64,000 nt of DNA from Eledone cirrhosa. Its lineage: Eukaryota. A program made the position numbers and the translations under genes. Every line of letters begins with the position of its first letter. Positions within the stretch are counted from its first letter, which is position 1. The notes under the pieces are model-generated. The model was not told where the DNA came from. It searched no databases and was given only the letters and a program-made list of their open reading frames with translations. Where the stretch lies: positions 19,096,001 through 19,160,000 of the forward strand of contig OZ024746.1 in the NCBI GenBank assembly GCA_964016885.1, in the 5' to 3' direction. Positions 1 to 12,280 of the stretch are shown here, one piece after another.

Positions 1-246
1 GTTAAATGCAATAATGACTAGACATTTACTAGTTGGGCAAATATACTCAATACTAATGCAAGAAATCAATACAAAATGCATTGCTTTATCAGTTTTGTTC
101 TCTCTTTCACCTATAAATAACTCTGAAAACTATATCATCAAAATATGCACATATCATTGGATATGAATAGACATTTTGAAACAAAAAAGATGAGAAAGTT
201 ATTCAAGATTTCTTGTTAGCTCATTCAAAGAAACAAAAATAACGGA

Positions 247-449
247 TTCTGATTTTAAGCCCAAGGCCAACCATTTTGAGAGAGGGGAGGAGAAAGTCAA
301 TTAAATTGACTCCAGTGCATTACTGGTACTTTATTTTATCGACTCTTGAAATGATGAAAGGCAAAGTTAACGGTGGGATTTCAACCCAGAATATAAAGAA
401 CTGTAACAAATATCACAAAACATTCTGATGCTCTAACGCTTCTGCCAAT
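247..449 (-). mobile_element. tRNA-derived SINE, family A
   Basis: Matches the dispersed consensus (+ strand reads ...actggtactttattttatcgac...gatgaaaggcaaagtt...gggatttgaactcagaatg...), with a B-box-like motif on the minus strand. About 10 copies in the window. Confidence 0.85.
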
Positions 450-467
450 GATGATGATGAAATAATA

Positions 468-696
468 GTTTCTGATTTATGCACAAGACCAGCAACGCTT
501 TTTTTTTGGGGGGGGGGGGGGGGCAATTAAATCGACCATAGTGTGTTACTGTTACTTTATTTTATCAACCCCGTAAGGATGAAAGGCAAAGTTAACCTTA
601 GCGGGATTTGAACTCAGAATGTAAAGGGCCATAACTGTATGCTGCAAAGCATGTTGTCCGATGCTCTATTGATACTGCCAATCCAATCCACTGCCC
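468..696 (-). mobile_element. tRNA-derived SINE, family A
   Basis: Near full-length copy of the same consensus, with an expanded poly-G run. Confidence 0.85.
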
Positions 697-925
697 ATAA
701 ACAAACAAAAATAATAATTTTCAATAATAGCTATATGTAGTTAGCCTCATTGGTCTGTAACTAATTTCAAAGAAATTATAGATTAAAGAATTTCTAAATT
801 AGCATTTTTATTAAAATCTAAATTAAAACATAAAATTCAATTCAGTTATTTCCTTTTAAACTTCTAAACCTAAAAAAAAAGGGAAACAAAAGGAATTTAC
901 AACAGTTCAACCAGTCTTTAATAAT

Positions 926-1094
926 GGTTTCGGATTTAAGCACAAGGCCAATAATTTTTAGAGAGAAGAAAATCGATTAAATCAGTTTGTAACCGATACT
1001 TTATTTTATCAAACCCATAAGGATGAAAAGCAAAGCTAACTGTATGCCACAAAGCATGTTGTCCAACACTACCGATACTGTCAATCCACCACCC
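926..1094 (-). mobile_element. tRNA-derived SINE, family A, internally deleted
   Basis: Same consensus but missing the B-box segment. Confidence 0.8.
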
Positions 1095-1539
1095 TCAACT
1101 AGTTTTTAATAATGATAAAAATGTTTTAAGACAGCCTGCTGTAATCATTCCATCAACAGAAAGTCTATAAAATCTTAAAACAAACATCTTAAATGTATAT
1201 AATTTCTCTTGCACTAATACTTGTGCCAGATTAACAACTTTAATGATAAGAGTAACAATTAAAAAACATAGCAAAACATTTTCTTTTCAAAGCTATTTAC
1301 CCTACTAAGCTGTTTACATATCAGCACATCTTCACTATTTGATAGAGGATTATGTACTTGTTTAATAGGGAGAAGAAAGTAATGAATAAAATCATTTAGC
1401 AAACAAGATATATCTATCTATAAATAAAAGTTTATTAGATAATCTTAACTGACATGAATTTGTGTCAGCAAAATTAAACTTACATTTTTCATTACATATT
1501 TTGGTTGGCATAAGTTAAGAACATATAGCAATATATATA

Positions 1540-1747
1540 CAGGGTGTTTCGAAAAAAGTAGATATCATTTGAGATGTAAACAACCCAGAAACTACAGTCT
1601 TAAACAGGACTGAACAGGCTTAATGTTGAGCAAGATAAGATTTATTCCTCAAACATTTGTCAACATTATAACACTAATTCACAATATATAGTGGTCATTT
1701 CCAGAATATTTACATCACAAATGATATCTAATTTTTTAAACACCTTG
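1540..1747. mobile_element. Tc1/mariner-type MITE
   Basis: TA on both flanks; imperfect ~40-bp TIRs cagggtgtttcgaaaaaagtagatatcatttgagatgtaaa / tttacatcacaaatgatatctaattttttaaacaccttg. Confidence 0.8.
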
Positions 1748-1822
1748 TACTCTGTTCACAGTTTATATAATAAGTGTACTCAAGCAAACTTATTTAATCT
1801 AATCATAAGAAAACACATTTAT

Positions 1823-2003
1823 GTTGTTTAGCCTTGGGTCAGAACAGATCAAGTAGACCTATGATAAAAAGCATTGACCAAGCTATGACCATCCAACCAT
1901 TTCTGTTTCAGGCTTAGTGTATCTAATACTATAAGACAATAGGATGCAATTTTAGGGAAATTTACCAATTAGTTCTTGCAGGCTAGGTGACCACATTGAG
2001 GCA
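1823..2003 (-). mobile_element. degenerate SINE-like repeat, family D
   Basis: Shares motifs (tatgat.aaaa.catt, atgaccat, g.a.attt..c...ta.ttct) with an opposite-strand segment near 46570-46740; a related fragment lies near 63423-63475. Confidence 0.45.
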
Positions 2004-2556
2004 TTATTATTATTTTTATTTTTTGTAATTTTGTTCTATCTTAGCTGTACAGCATCTTTCTATACATCCCGATCAAATGTTATTTCATGAGTGGGCTCTA
2101 ATATTTTCGTCATTTTACTCCAGTATCTACTGCAATAAATCTATTCATCTGATTTAGCGAGTCAGAAGCCCCACCAAATAACTTCAAATTTCCGTGTAGT
2201 TTTTTTATAACCATGTAAATACTATAAGCTGAATTTATCAAATTACAGTTTTACAATTATATTTTATTTTTCCAATCCATAATTCTATACATAAAGCATA
2301 ATTTATTTGAAAACAATTTCTTAACAATATTGGTAGTCAAGTATGTTTCAATTTAACCTTTTCTTTGCTCATTATACTTAGTGAATCAACTATTTTAACC
2401 TTTAGTTAGGTACAGAGTAAAAAATATGAACTAGAAGATCCAATTAGTTCTATTTGATAACCAATATATTTATCTTAAGATGAAACAACTGTTAAAAAAA
2501 AAAAAAAAAAAAAAACTAATACAAGCCAATGAGAAAAAAATATTTTTCTTTGTGAA

Positions 2557-3125
2557 TTGGCAGTCATTTAAATGTTGGTTAGAATGCTTTGCAGGATTCA
2601 TTTCGGCTCTCTGCTCTCTCAATTCAAATCATGCAGAGGTCAACTTTGTCTTTCATCCATTCAAGGTCGATGAAAAAAGTACCAATCTGGTACTGGGGGG
2701 GGGGGGGGGGGGGGTCGATTCTCACTCTGTATCCTTTGCTGGAAGAAATCTGCTGTGTTCAGATCTGGAGATTTGTAGTGCACCTGAGCACTGTACACAA
2801 TAATTTGTCATTATTATATTGGGTCTGCCAGGTTTAACCCTTTAATATTCAAACCGGCCAAAACCGGCCAGAATTCTCTACCTCTTTCTGTTGAAACTGG
2901 CTATAACTGGTCACTCAAACTGATGTTAAGTTATTGTTCTCAAAATAAATACTTTCAAAATCTCATAGATTCGATATTATGTGAGATAATTATGTGAGGT
3001 AAAGCCTTTACCATGAAAATATAATAGTATATATAGAGTAATGTGAATGTTAAAGGGTTAAAAAATGTCCCCCCAAGAAACACTATGTCGATATGGTACC
3101 CTTATGATTCCCATCGGAGTTACAG
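2557..3125 (+). mobile_element. tRNA-derived SINE, family B (long tail), interrupted by insertions
   Basis: Central domain (tttcatcc...ggtcgat...aaagtacca) followed by the tail also seen at 12035-12280. The tail is split at a TTAA by the MITE at 2838-3057. Confidence 0.75.
2838..3057 (+). mobile_element. piggyBac-type MITE (TTAA target), family P1
   Basis: TTAA on both sides; TIRs ccctttaatattc / gaatgttaaaggg; five copies in the window. Confidence 0.9.
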
Positions 3126-4805
3126 AAATGAGATGAAATAATCTGTTGTATGAAATTCAAGCACTGAAACTCTTCTAAAGAATTACAGAAAGAAATTTAG
3201 TGTCTTTATAATGATGGCAGCCAGCTAAATAAATCTCTATTTCAATTCAATTTGGAAACAATGAGTTGACTTGTAAGCTTACAACTCTTTTAGAATACAA
3301 TGACAATAAAAGAAAAGCAGAGATAAAAAGACACAAAAGATAAGACCAACAAAAAAGAAAATGGATTAAAATAAATCAGTAATTAACTTTAATTTGCTTA
3401 ATTAACTCGAATTTTTTCATTAAAATACTTCTGTACCTTTTTCTCTTGACCAAGTTATTTTATTTTACAAGTTTTTTTATACAAATACGAAACACACTAT
3501 TAAAGCCCCCCCCCCCTAAAACGGGGGGGGGGGGAGAGATTAAGCAACAAGAAAGTGAGAGGGGGAAGAGGAACAAGCATTACACCCCAGCCTGAGTGGT
3601 GCCTCAGCCATGCCTCAAGGATAAAATGTCAATGGCATTACCACATAGAATGGCCAGAGACACCCGCTGCAACAGCCACCTCACCTCAAAGGGGAGGAGG
3701 AAATTTAACATATGTGACCCGTGTCAAAGTCATCTAAACCTCAGATCATTACATTATATAATCAGTAGCTCTACTATACTGGCATTAGTTGTTTAATCCA
3801 GACTGACCTGTGGCTAAGACATCAACAACTTCTATAGTTACAATGAATTGAGGTATTTAGGTTTACGTAAGTGTTACTTGTCTTTGCCAAGGACGACACC
3901 ACAGAACAACACTGATAACAAAAATATAAGTAGTGAAGTATTTAGTAAGATCATTTGTCAGCTGAATCAGCCAGCTGCAGCTCTTCATGTTTATTAGTCA
4001 CTAAAGTATTAAAAGGTATTAGTTTTTATTTCTATCCAATGGTCAGCTTGTGTTAGTGATTATATGTATTCCAATGAAAACTAGTTACACAGACTGGGGG
4101 GGGGGGGGGAATATATATATATATATATATATATTAATTAAAGGTTAATTCATCACTAATACCCAAACATCTCAATGAAAGAAATCTCTTGGAGAAGAAA
4201 TATTATATTAAAATTAAATGAGAAAAAACCTCTACAGGAGTATAAACGAGCCAGATGGAAAACTTTATTCCTCTAACTTCGCTTATATATAGATCTCCCT
4301 ACCATGGTTTCATATGGGGAAGAATTATCATTGGAATAGAATTACCAATAATTCAAGAACCACCATAGTCTTCATGGGAGTTAGAATTCTTTAAGTCTAA
4401 GAGAAATGGAATAAGATATAATACATACTGTTTCCAAAGATATATATATATATTATTTCTGAAAATACTTGGATAAAAGGGAGAATAAGAGAACATTTTT
4501 GAATTCATGATAAATAAAATGGAAGCACAAAATATCCACAGCATACACCTAATTTCTTTTAGTTTGATAACAAAATAACATCTTTATTTCAATCAACCAT
4601 ATACTTATTTCATAGGACTAAAAATTATCAATCCTTTCTAATGAAACACTCTGCTTATGATTTTCAATTTATTTTGAAAATAATCAAGATTTTTAAAAGA
4701 TTTGATGATATAACTAATTTTCTGATTATTAAGCTGGTGTTTGGAACACAACTTAAAGGTTCTTACATAAAGTTATGGCAAAAGATTTTAGATAAATATT
4801 GGAAA

Positions 4806-5056
4806 TGATCAACAAAATCCCAAACCTCGTTTGCTTACTGAGTGGGGTGGAACTCGTCAAATCAGACCAGGGAAACAATGTTTCCATTGGTCTTTCCATT
4901 ACTGATACTATCTACCAGTCACAACTCTTGGTAGAGAGAGCAACATGAAATAAACTGTCTTGCTTAAGGACATAATGCATTGCCCAGTCTGGGAATTCAA
5001 CTCACAAGCTCATGATCGCAAATCCAATTCTCAAACTGCTAAGCTATGAACCTTCA
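4806..5056 (-). mobile_element. CORE-type SINE, family C2
   Basis: Reverse-complement match to 34469-34723: tRNA-like head plus MIR-core-like ccttgagcaagacactttatttca segment. Confidence 0.75.
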
Positions 5057-5069
5057 CTATATATATATA

Positions 5070-5409
5070 TGGTTGGGTTGTTATTTCACTGAGGAACTGG
5101 AATCATATGAATTCAAACAAACGAATTTCAGTGTCAAAGGTCCTCTTCTCCTCTCATTAGTCAGTTATTAGAACATTCCTCATTCTAAGTGTTGTTATTG
5201 TTGGAGTTAGCTTAAAAAATTGATAAAATGGTAGAAGGGACAAGGTGTTAAAGGAACAAAATAACAATGGGAAGTTTGACACTTTGTTTGTTAGAATGAG
5301 GAATGTTCTAATAACTGACCAATGAGAGGAGAAGAGGACCTTTGACACTGAAATTCGTTTGTTTGAATTCATATGATTCCAGTTCCGCAGTGAAATAACA
5401 ACCCAACCA
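5070..5409. repeat. long inverted repeat (119-bp arms, ~102-bp spacer)
   Basis: 5070-5188 is the reverse complement of 5291-5409 with about two mismatches. Confidence 0.95.
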
Positions 5410-5487
5410 GGAACTGGGCATATCAGAGTATTGACAATATTATACACCTCAACAACATATGTACTTGTCTATACCATACTAATTCAA

Positions 5488-5542
5488 ACTGCCTGAAGAG
5501 ATCACAGCCAAAGATGGCTGTCACTGAAATATATATAGCAGT
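5488..5542 (+). ncRNA. type I hammerhead ribozyme-like motif
   Basis: acugc CUGAAGA gaucACAGCCA-aaga-UGGCUGUcacu GAAA uauaua UA gcagu. Stem I acugc/gcagu is perfect, stem III is self-complementary, AATAAA follows immediately; the base of stem II is mismatched. Confidence 0.65.
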
Positions 5543-6109
5543 AATAAACAAAGCTAAATTTTAATCATTTGACTTTTTATTTAACTTTATTTTATATATA
5601 TATATATATATATATATGAATGCAAGTAATTTTAATAAAATAGAGTATCGTCAGTCAGCTACCATAAAACCAAAAAATCTAGAGGTATAAGACCTCAAAC
5701 ATTAAACAAGAACTATAACCAAATTAACATAAAGTAGAATACATTAGAGAAGGTTGGTTTAGATTAGTTCCAACAACCTCATTCAAGCTGTCTTCTGCTC
5801 TAGTAACTATATGATACCAACACTGAATTCATGGACATTGCTCAGACACATACTTAGTCTGTTTCTTTACAAACCACTTAATAGTTCTAATCCTGTATTA
5901 CCATAATTCCACTAATTTTGTCTATCCTTTTCGCTTGATTTGTACAAATAACAAAATCTATTTATAAAACGCCAATCGATTTAGTTTTTACCAAGTTTGA
6001 ATTAAATGTTGCAATGTTGCTTTATTTAAATTAATTATTTAGGGAACATTAAGTTTAATAAAGCTCAATTAATCTTTGGAGTCTATACTATTAGCCAATT
6101 CCATGTCCC

Positions 6110-6330
6110 ATGATAATCCAAGAAAGCGGTATGGTATAGTCCCATAACTCCATGAGGGGGAAGCTGTAGTGATATACTGTGTTTCTAGGGCTATTTTAAA
6201 CCTGACAGAATCCATCTCCTCTCCAGGTTTGAATACAGCAGATTTCTTCCGGAGGTAGTAAGAAAAAGATATAGAGGAAGTGAGAGAGAGAAAGTAAGAA
6301 AGTCAGAGAGAGAAAGAGATATTGAGGAAG
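6110..6330 (-). mobile_element. SINE family B tail fragment
   Basis: Matches the tail at 12035-12210 (gtgtttctaggg...ccatctcctctccaggttt...gatttctt). Confidence 0.7.
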
Positions 6331-6903
6331 AATTAATTGTGGGGACTTAATCTAACAAGAATGGAATATTCTTGTTAATTTAATGAAATGGTTGTAAATC
6401 TATTAAATGCTCTAATTAAAATCTTTGTCAATCTTTATTTTATATATATATATGCTTGGTGAAATTACAACACTACCGTAATTGGAAATTTACCGATTGG
6501 ACTAAACTCTGAAATGTTTATTACCCATCTTGCTGTAGACTATAAATCACATTGAACTTTATAAAAAATTTTCTTTGCCTTTATACAATTGTATTATCAA
6601 CTCACTTAAAATAGTTTACATGTATACATATATATATATACGCACAATATATACATCTTTATATACATATATATAAATATATATACACACACACACAATA
6701 TATACATCTTTATATACATATATACAAATATATACACACACACAATATATACATCTTATATATATATATCAACTGTCACTAGTGTATGCAGGACTGAGCA
6801 GCCAACAAAGTGTACATGTATGTCTCTGGACCAGAGTATTGGTATATCAAGGAAGTAGAAGCCAATAGGTTAGAATCTACCTCATTGTATTTATTACATA
6901 ATC

Positions 6904-6942
6904 ACTGTTATATGCATTTCGAAGGTAATTGTTATGTAACAG
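6904..6942 (-). ncRNA. 3' half of a hammerhead-like motif
   Basis: Minus strand: aauuaccuuc GAAA ugcaua UA acagu, then AATAAA. The matching 5' half (gcugu CUGAUGA ag..uaauuguua) lies on the + strand at 7064-7097. Confidence 0.4.
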
Positions 6943-7604
6943 AAAAATAAAGATTACATGAATAAAAACTACAGATACAGTATCCATTCTGAAGTAATTT
7001 TTATTCATTTTATTTTTATTCATGAAATCTGTATACATGAAATGTTCTGTTCATGTAATAGCAGCTGTCTGATGAAGTTGTAATTGTTACATAACAGTAT
7101 ACAAAAAGAAAAAGGCAACATACCGGTTGAGCTGTGTTCTATGTAGATAATAGAACTGTCCTATGTGTGCATACTTGTGAGATCAGTAGCTTCAGGTAAG
7201 AGGAGAGGGGGTGAAATTGTGTAAGTCTTTGTAAATGACAAGGAGACATTCAAACAAGTTGATTCTGGCTGTAGTAAGACTGATTAGTGTTAATGAGTTC
7301 AAGAAACTGAATTATGGCAGCAGACTTTGTCCAATCAGAGGTCATACCAAAGTAACATTAGGTGTGGTAGGTGTTGCAAAACACAACTCATGGATTAACA
7401 CTGTAGAGAACAAAATGAAATCTGCTCGGTTGTGAAGATGTCAAGGCACTTGGCATTCTGAAAATTTACGCACATGGAACGGAAGCTGTTGTCGTCAATG
7501 CTAACCACAACATTAACAAGCACCACAGAAAAGATACTCCAAGAATTTGATCATAAATTTGATGGCGTTGGATCAACGGAGAAGAAACTGAGTTTGAGAT
7601 AGAC

Positions 7605-8338
7605 ACATGTATACAGGAGGTTAAAGATGCCATCCGAGCATAGAATGTAGCTTACAAAGATTGGCTTATAAATAAGTCTACCTTTTTACACTTGCAGTAA
7701 AAACAGACATGAAAAGTTGCAGTAGAGACAGACAGTAGAGACATCCAAAGTTAAGACAAGGGAGAACTTTGGGGTTAAGCTGGAATCTAACTTTAGATCA
7801 GCAAATAAAAGTGTGCTAGCAAACAATCTGCCAACTTCATAATAAGAAGCCCTCCTCCACACATGCTATTAGGAATGCATCTGGGGTTATCCTCTCTTCA
7901 GAGAGGTGCATCCTAGAGAGGTGGAGAAAATATTTAGCTGATCTCCTAAACCTAGTACAACATATACAACATATTCTGATGTACATGAAGTACATCTAGG
8001 AGCAATAATTAACCTCTCAGAGGCTGAGCTCACCAGAGCCATTAAAGAGTTCAGACCTCGGGGGAGTATGAAATTCGCCTGAAACAAAGATATTCTCTCG
8101 TTGGTTCATATGTGATGGGTGGCATGGAAAGGCACCTAACTAATGGCAATCAGGAGTGATAATCCCAAATCTCAAAAAGGGGGGTGAGAGGTTGCACCAC
8201 TTATAGTGTTGGACTGTCAAGGGTGCATACTTTCAATTCCCTTGTTCATGGACTGGATTGACATGTGCAGCCAGGTTGGAAGTGTTATCAGGACTGGTGG
8301 GTGTAAGATCAGTTGGCTAGAATTTGCAGTGATGATGA
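7605..8338 (+). mobile_element. decayed RTE-clade LINE (Expander/Rex3-like), inter-domain and RT fragment
   Basis: Frameshifted translation gives QEVKDAIRA..AYKDWL, ENFGVKLESNFRSANK, ILERWRKYLADLLNP, WQSGVIIPNLKKG, QGCILS..MDWID..ISWLEFA(DD), in the order expected for Expander-type RTE ORFs. Confidence 0.75.
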
Positions 8339-8409
8339 TATATATATATATATCAAATTACAAAATATAAGGAAATGATAGACAAAAATATACATATTTT
8401 TTCTTCAAA

Positions 8410-8433
8410 GTCTCGACTGCAGTTTCGCTGATC
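8410..8433 (-). ncRNA. 3' half of a hammerhead-like motif
   Basis: Minus strand cagc GAAA CUGCAG UC gagac with palindromic stem III ACUGCAGU. (TA)n lies ~57 bp downstream; no 5' half is present. Confidence 0.35.
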
Positions 8434-8819
8434 CGTATGTGTATATATATACACACACACATGCACACAATATACATATATAAGCCCTTTCAAAATCAAA
8501 TAATGAATTGCCACTCTAATGAATTTGTTAGTCAAGTGCTTCAAAGTTTTAATATATTTTGTTAACAATTCAAACTAAATAGAGACTTCTAGAATGGCCT
8601 ACATTGCCAATGGGCCACATGATAACCACTACTATTAATCTAATTTAGAAGTAATAGCCAACTTCTTATCCAGCAAAGCTTGTACAGATTTTGGGACAGA
8701 CACTTGTTGATGATTATATTCCAGTCCTTGGCTCATGTAATAGCTGCAAATGTGCAGTTATGCAGTTACACTTAACCACATATGCAACTCAGAGTATTAG
8801 AAACTGTTATAGTCCAGGT

Positions 8820-9130
8820 AATTATGAGACAAGCATGCTACACTGGATATGTGATGAACAATGAAGCACAGATTAGTTAAAAGAACAACTGGGAAAAAGA
8901 GGAATCAGATATAGTGTGCAAGAGAGATGATTACACTGGTATAGCCACATAATATGTAAGGATAATGAGTGTTAGGTGAAGTAGTACCAGGCGCTCTAAG
9001 TAGATGGTAGCTGCAAAAGAGGAAGACTGACAAAAACCTAGACAGAAGTGGTGAGAACTGATTTCAGAATGCTGAACTTCACAGAGAAGATAACAAAGGA
9101 AAGCAGTGCTCGGTGTGAAAATGATCACAA
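8820..9130 (+). mobile_element. decayed RTE LINE 3' fragment
   Basis: ETSMLHWIC...KEQLGKRGIRYSVQER*LHWYSHI resembles EASMLRWMC...EKLGIRGIRCCLLERRLRWYGHV encoded at 43105-43638. Confidence 0.7.
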
Positions 9131-10491
9131 TTTTACATCTGCTATTCCAAGCTGGCAGGGTTTGGACCAAAGCTACTCATCTAGGAAGATTTTGTCTTGC
9201 CTACATACATTCCAGTGTTGGAATGCTTTTTATACCTGAATTCCCTTCCTTATGTCAAACTCTTTACACAAGGTACTCAGAGTATTTTATCTTGGCACCA
9301 GCACTAGAGCAAATGTCATGTCTTTGGTATGACTGAAGAGTTCTCTCATTGCATTTTTTTTTTTTTTTTTGGCATGGTTTCTATCACAGGATGAATTTTA
9401 TAGTCACACTAGCAGAATAGAAGTTGTCACATCCTTGACTTACCTGATGATACCAATTGATCATCAAATGCCTACCATTTCACAGCTTGTGCTGGATTCA
9501 TTTCATAACAATACCAACACTGGGGAGTTTGCTTTGTTTCAGAGCAAATGTGTTTCAAAGTGAGAATAAAAGGGGGTAGTTAAGGGAAACAGATGCATGA
9601 CAAGTATTGTAGAGGGAGACAAAATGATGCAATGGTATGGGAGGGATTAATAAATGATGGATATTAACAGGGGTGCGTGATGGCAAGTGGTAGATGTTGT
9701 ATTTGAAGAACTATGGAAGCGAGAATAATGGTCCAGGCACCATTTGTGAGCAGGGGTGACACATACCTTTGTGGCAATGCTATTATGGTATCTCTGTTAT
9801 GAAGTTCAGCTTCTTAAGATTAGTTTTCACCACTTCACCCCATGTTTTCCTGGATCTATCCTTACCACTTTAAGTAGCCTGCACTTCTTTATACAGAACA
9901 AGGAAACAATGTGTCCATTGCTGATACTATCTACCAGTCACAACTCCTGGCAGAAGGAGCAATGTGAAATAAAGTGTCTTGCTCAAGGACATAATTTCAG
10001 TTCAGAAATTGAATTCGCAACCTTACGATTGCAAATCTAAAGCCATACATTAAATATAATATATACTTTACTAATGTATTGAGTTCTCTTTCTTAGAAAG
10101 GTTGCCATTACCCATAATATTATCACTAATATATATATACATAGATATGGTTTCTTTAAAAAAAATGCACCCAGTGCACCCAGTAAAGTGATTCTCATTA
10201 GAATGGGTATCCAACCATAGAAAATATGCCAAACAAAGAATCAAGAGGACTCTTCAGTTATATCAAAGATATAAAAATCTCCCTAGTGTTGTGCAATTAT
10301 AAAATGCACCTAGTACACTCTGTAAAGTACTGAAATGTATGAAAGTGAGATGCAGTATCTGACCCATCTATGAGGTCAGTAGCCCTGATTAAGTACCAAC
10401 TTTGTAACAATACTTCCAGTCCATGGTAGCAAGGAAACTAGACATTAAATAATGGTGATAATGATGCTGTGTACATGCGTGTGTGTTAATT

Positions 10492-11500
10492 ATCATTTTA
10501 AATCCACTTTCCATACTGGCATGGGTTGGTCAGATCAGAGAAACATATCTTGCTTGTGTTTCGTATGACTGAATGCTATTCCAAATGCCAACCACATTAC
10601 AGAGTGTACTAAGCAAGTTTTATCATGACATGAACACTTGAGAGATTGTTTAGTCCACTGCAAAGCTAAGACAGACTTCTCCACTCCACGCAGTCCCTGT
10701 TTTCTCATCACAGTTCTTTTATTAATGGGCGGGTCTTCTCAAGCACAGCAAGTCTCCAGTCAACATAGTCCTACATGTGGTTCAGTTTCTTAAAGTCATT
10801 CTTTATCACTATCTCCCATGTCGTCCTTGGTCTCCCTCTTCAACAGATTCCATCTATTTCAAGCTCTTGGTACTTCTTTATACAGCTGTCACTCTCTATA
10901 TGTATCATATGCCTATACTAGTGCAGCCATATCTCTTGCACACTACATCTGATTCCTATTATTATATTCAGCTTTTCTCTCAGCATATTTGTGCTCTGCC
11001 TTTCATGCACAATAATATTACACATCCAATGGAATATGCAAGCTGTATTTCCTTCCAACTGTTATATTTCTACTGCATCTAAGATGCATGTCTCGCTACT
11101 ACGCAGTATAACAGTTTGAACACAAGCATCGTAAAATCTGCCTTTCACTCAGAGAGAAGCCTTTTGTTGCTAGGAGAGGTAACAGCTCCCTAAACATCTA
11201 CCGCCCTGTTCTCACACTTGGCTACATTTTCGGTATATCCATCTTCATTGTTCATGAGATCATCTAAATAATTAGTACAAAAGCTATCTAGTACTTCCAG
11301 TGAGCTTTGAGGGAGTTTATTTCATGAGGAGCTTTACTGTTGTCTACTCTTGTACACCTGTTACATATGAAGTCCACCTTCTCTTTCAGCCTACATGTGA
11401 TCCCACTACATCCCTTATGTATCCATTGTACATTCTCAATGCATTGTATGACGTTTCTATCTACTTCTTTCCAACACATGACCCCAGCCCTTTCCCTGAT
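10492..11500 (-). mobile_element. decayed RTE LINE with Cys/His (PHD-like) segment and 3' UTR
   Basis: ORF 11288-11479 CWKEVDRNVIQC...WIHKGCSGI...FICNRC; C-terminal WRLAVLEKTRP-like end near 10730; 3' UTR module and tail down to ~10492. Confidence 0.75.
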
Positions 11501-11526
11501 AGTTGCAAAGTTGTATCCTCTTTCTT

Positions 11527-11706
11527 AAACATTACTGCAATACATGGAAGAAATATGAAGAAATTAACAAAGAAAATGATACAACACAAATTTAAAGACT
11601 CAATTGACTGAAGATACATTCTCACTATCATAGTTAACATTTTAATTTTCAGTCTTTAAATTTGTGTTGTAACTTCATATTTCTTCCATGTATTGCAGTA
11701 ATGTTT
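11527..11706. repeat. inverted repeat / fold-back
   Basis: aaacattactgcaatacatggaagaaatatgaag...tacaacacaaatttaaagact pairs with agtctttaaatttgtgttgtaacttcatatttcttccatgtattgcagtaatgttt; the left arm carries an ~18-bp insertion. Confidence 0.9.
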
Positions 11707-11889
11707 TCATGGTATAAAACCATTCCAAGAGGGAAAAGTCAACTGTCTTCAAAAATTAATCAGGTTAATCAAGAATTTCAAAAACTGTCTTCTCCTCCTT
11801 GAATGAGAATAAGAAAGGTGTATTTTAATGTTTTGTTTATTTCTGTAAACTACTAAAACAAATCACAAAATTACAATTTAACACTCTTT

Positions 11890-12280
11890 GGTATAGTATG
11901 GACCTGTAACTTCTGGGGAGTAGTAGGGGCACCATATTGACATATGGTGTTTCTTAGGCCATTTTTAAACTTGGTACAACCCATCTCCTCTCCAAGACTG
12001 AATAATATAGATTTCTTCCTGAGAAGGATTATGTATGGTATGGACCCTAACTCCTCAAGGAGTCATGGAGATGCCATATTGACATACAGTGTTTCTAGGG
12101 CATTTTAAAACTTGGCAGAACCCATCTCTTCTCCAGGTTTCAATACAGATTTCTTTCAGAAGGATAGAGAGTGAGAGAGAGGAAGTGAGAAAGAGATATG
12201 GAAGAAGAATCGACCCCAGTACTAGACTGGTACTTTTTTTTATCGATCTTGAATGGATGAAAGGCAAAGTTGACCTCAGA
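11890..12280 (-). mobile_element. SINE family B, two tandem copies (tail-only copy plus longer copy)
   Basis: The tail starting gtatggacc occurs at ~11897 and ~12038; the second copy extends into the central domain. Confidence 0.75.

Noticed and set aside
3506-3534. C-run / G-run hairpin
   Set aside because: Homopolymer runs are frequent in this window and their lengths are unreliable.
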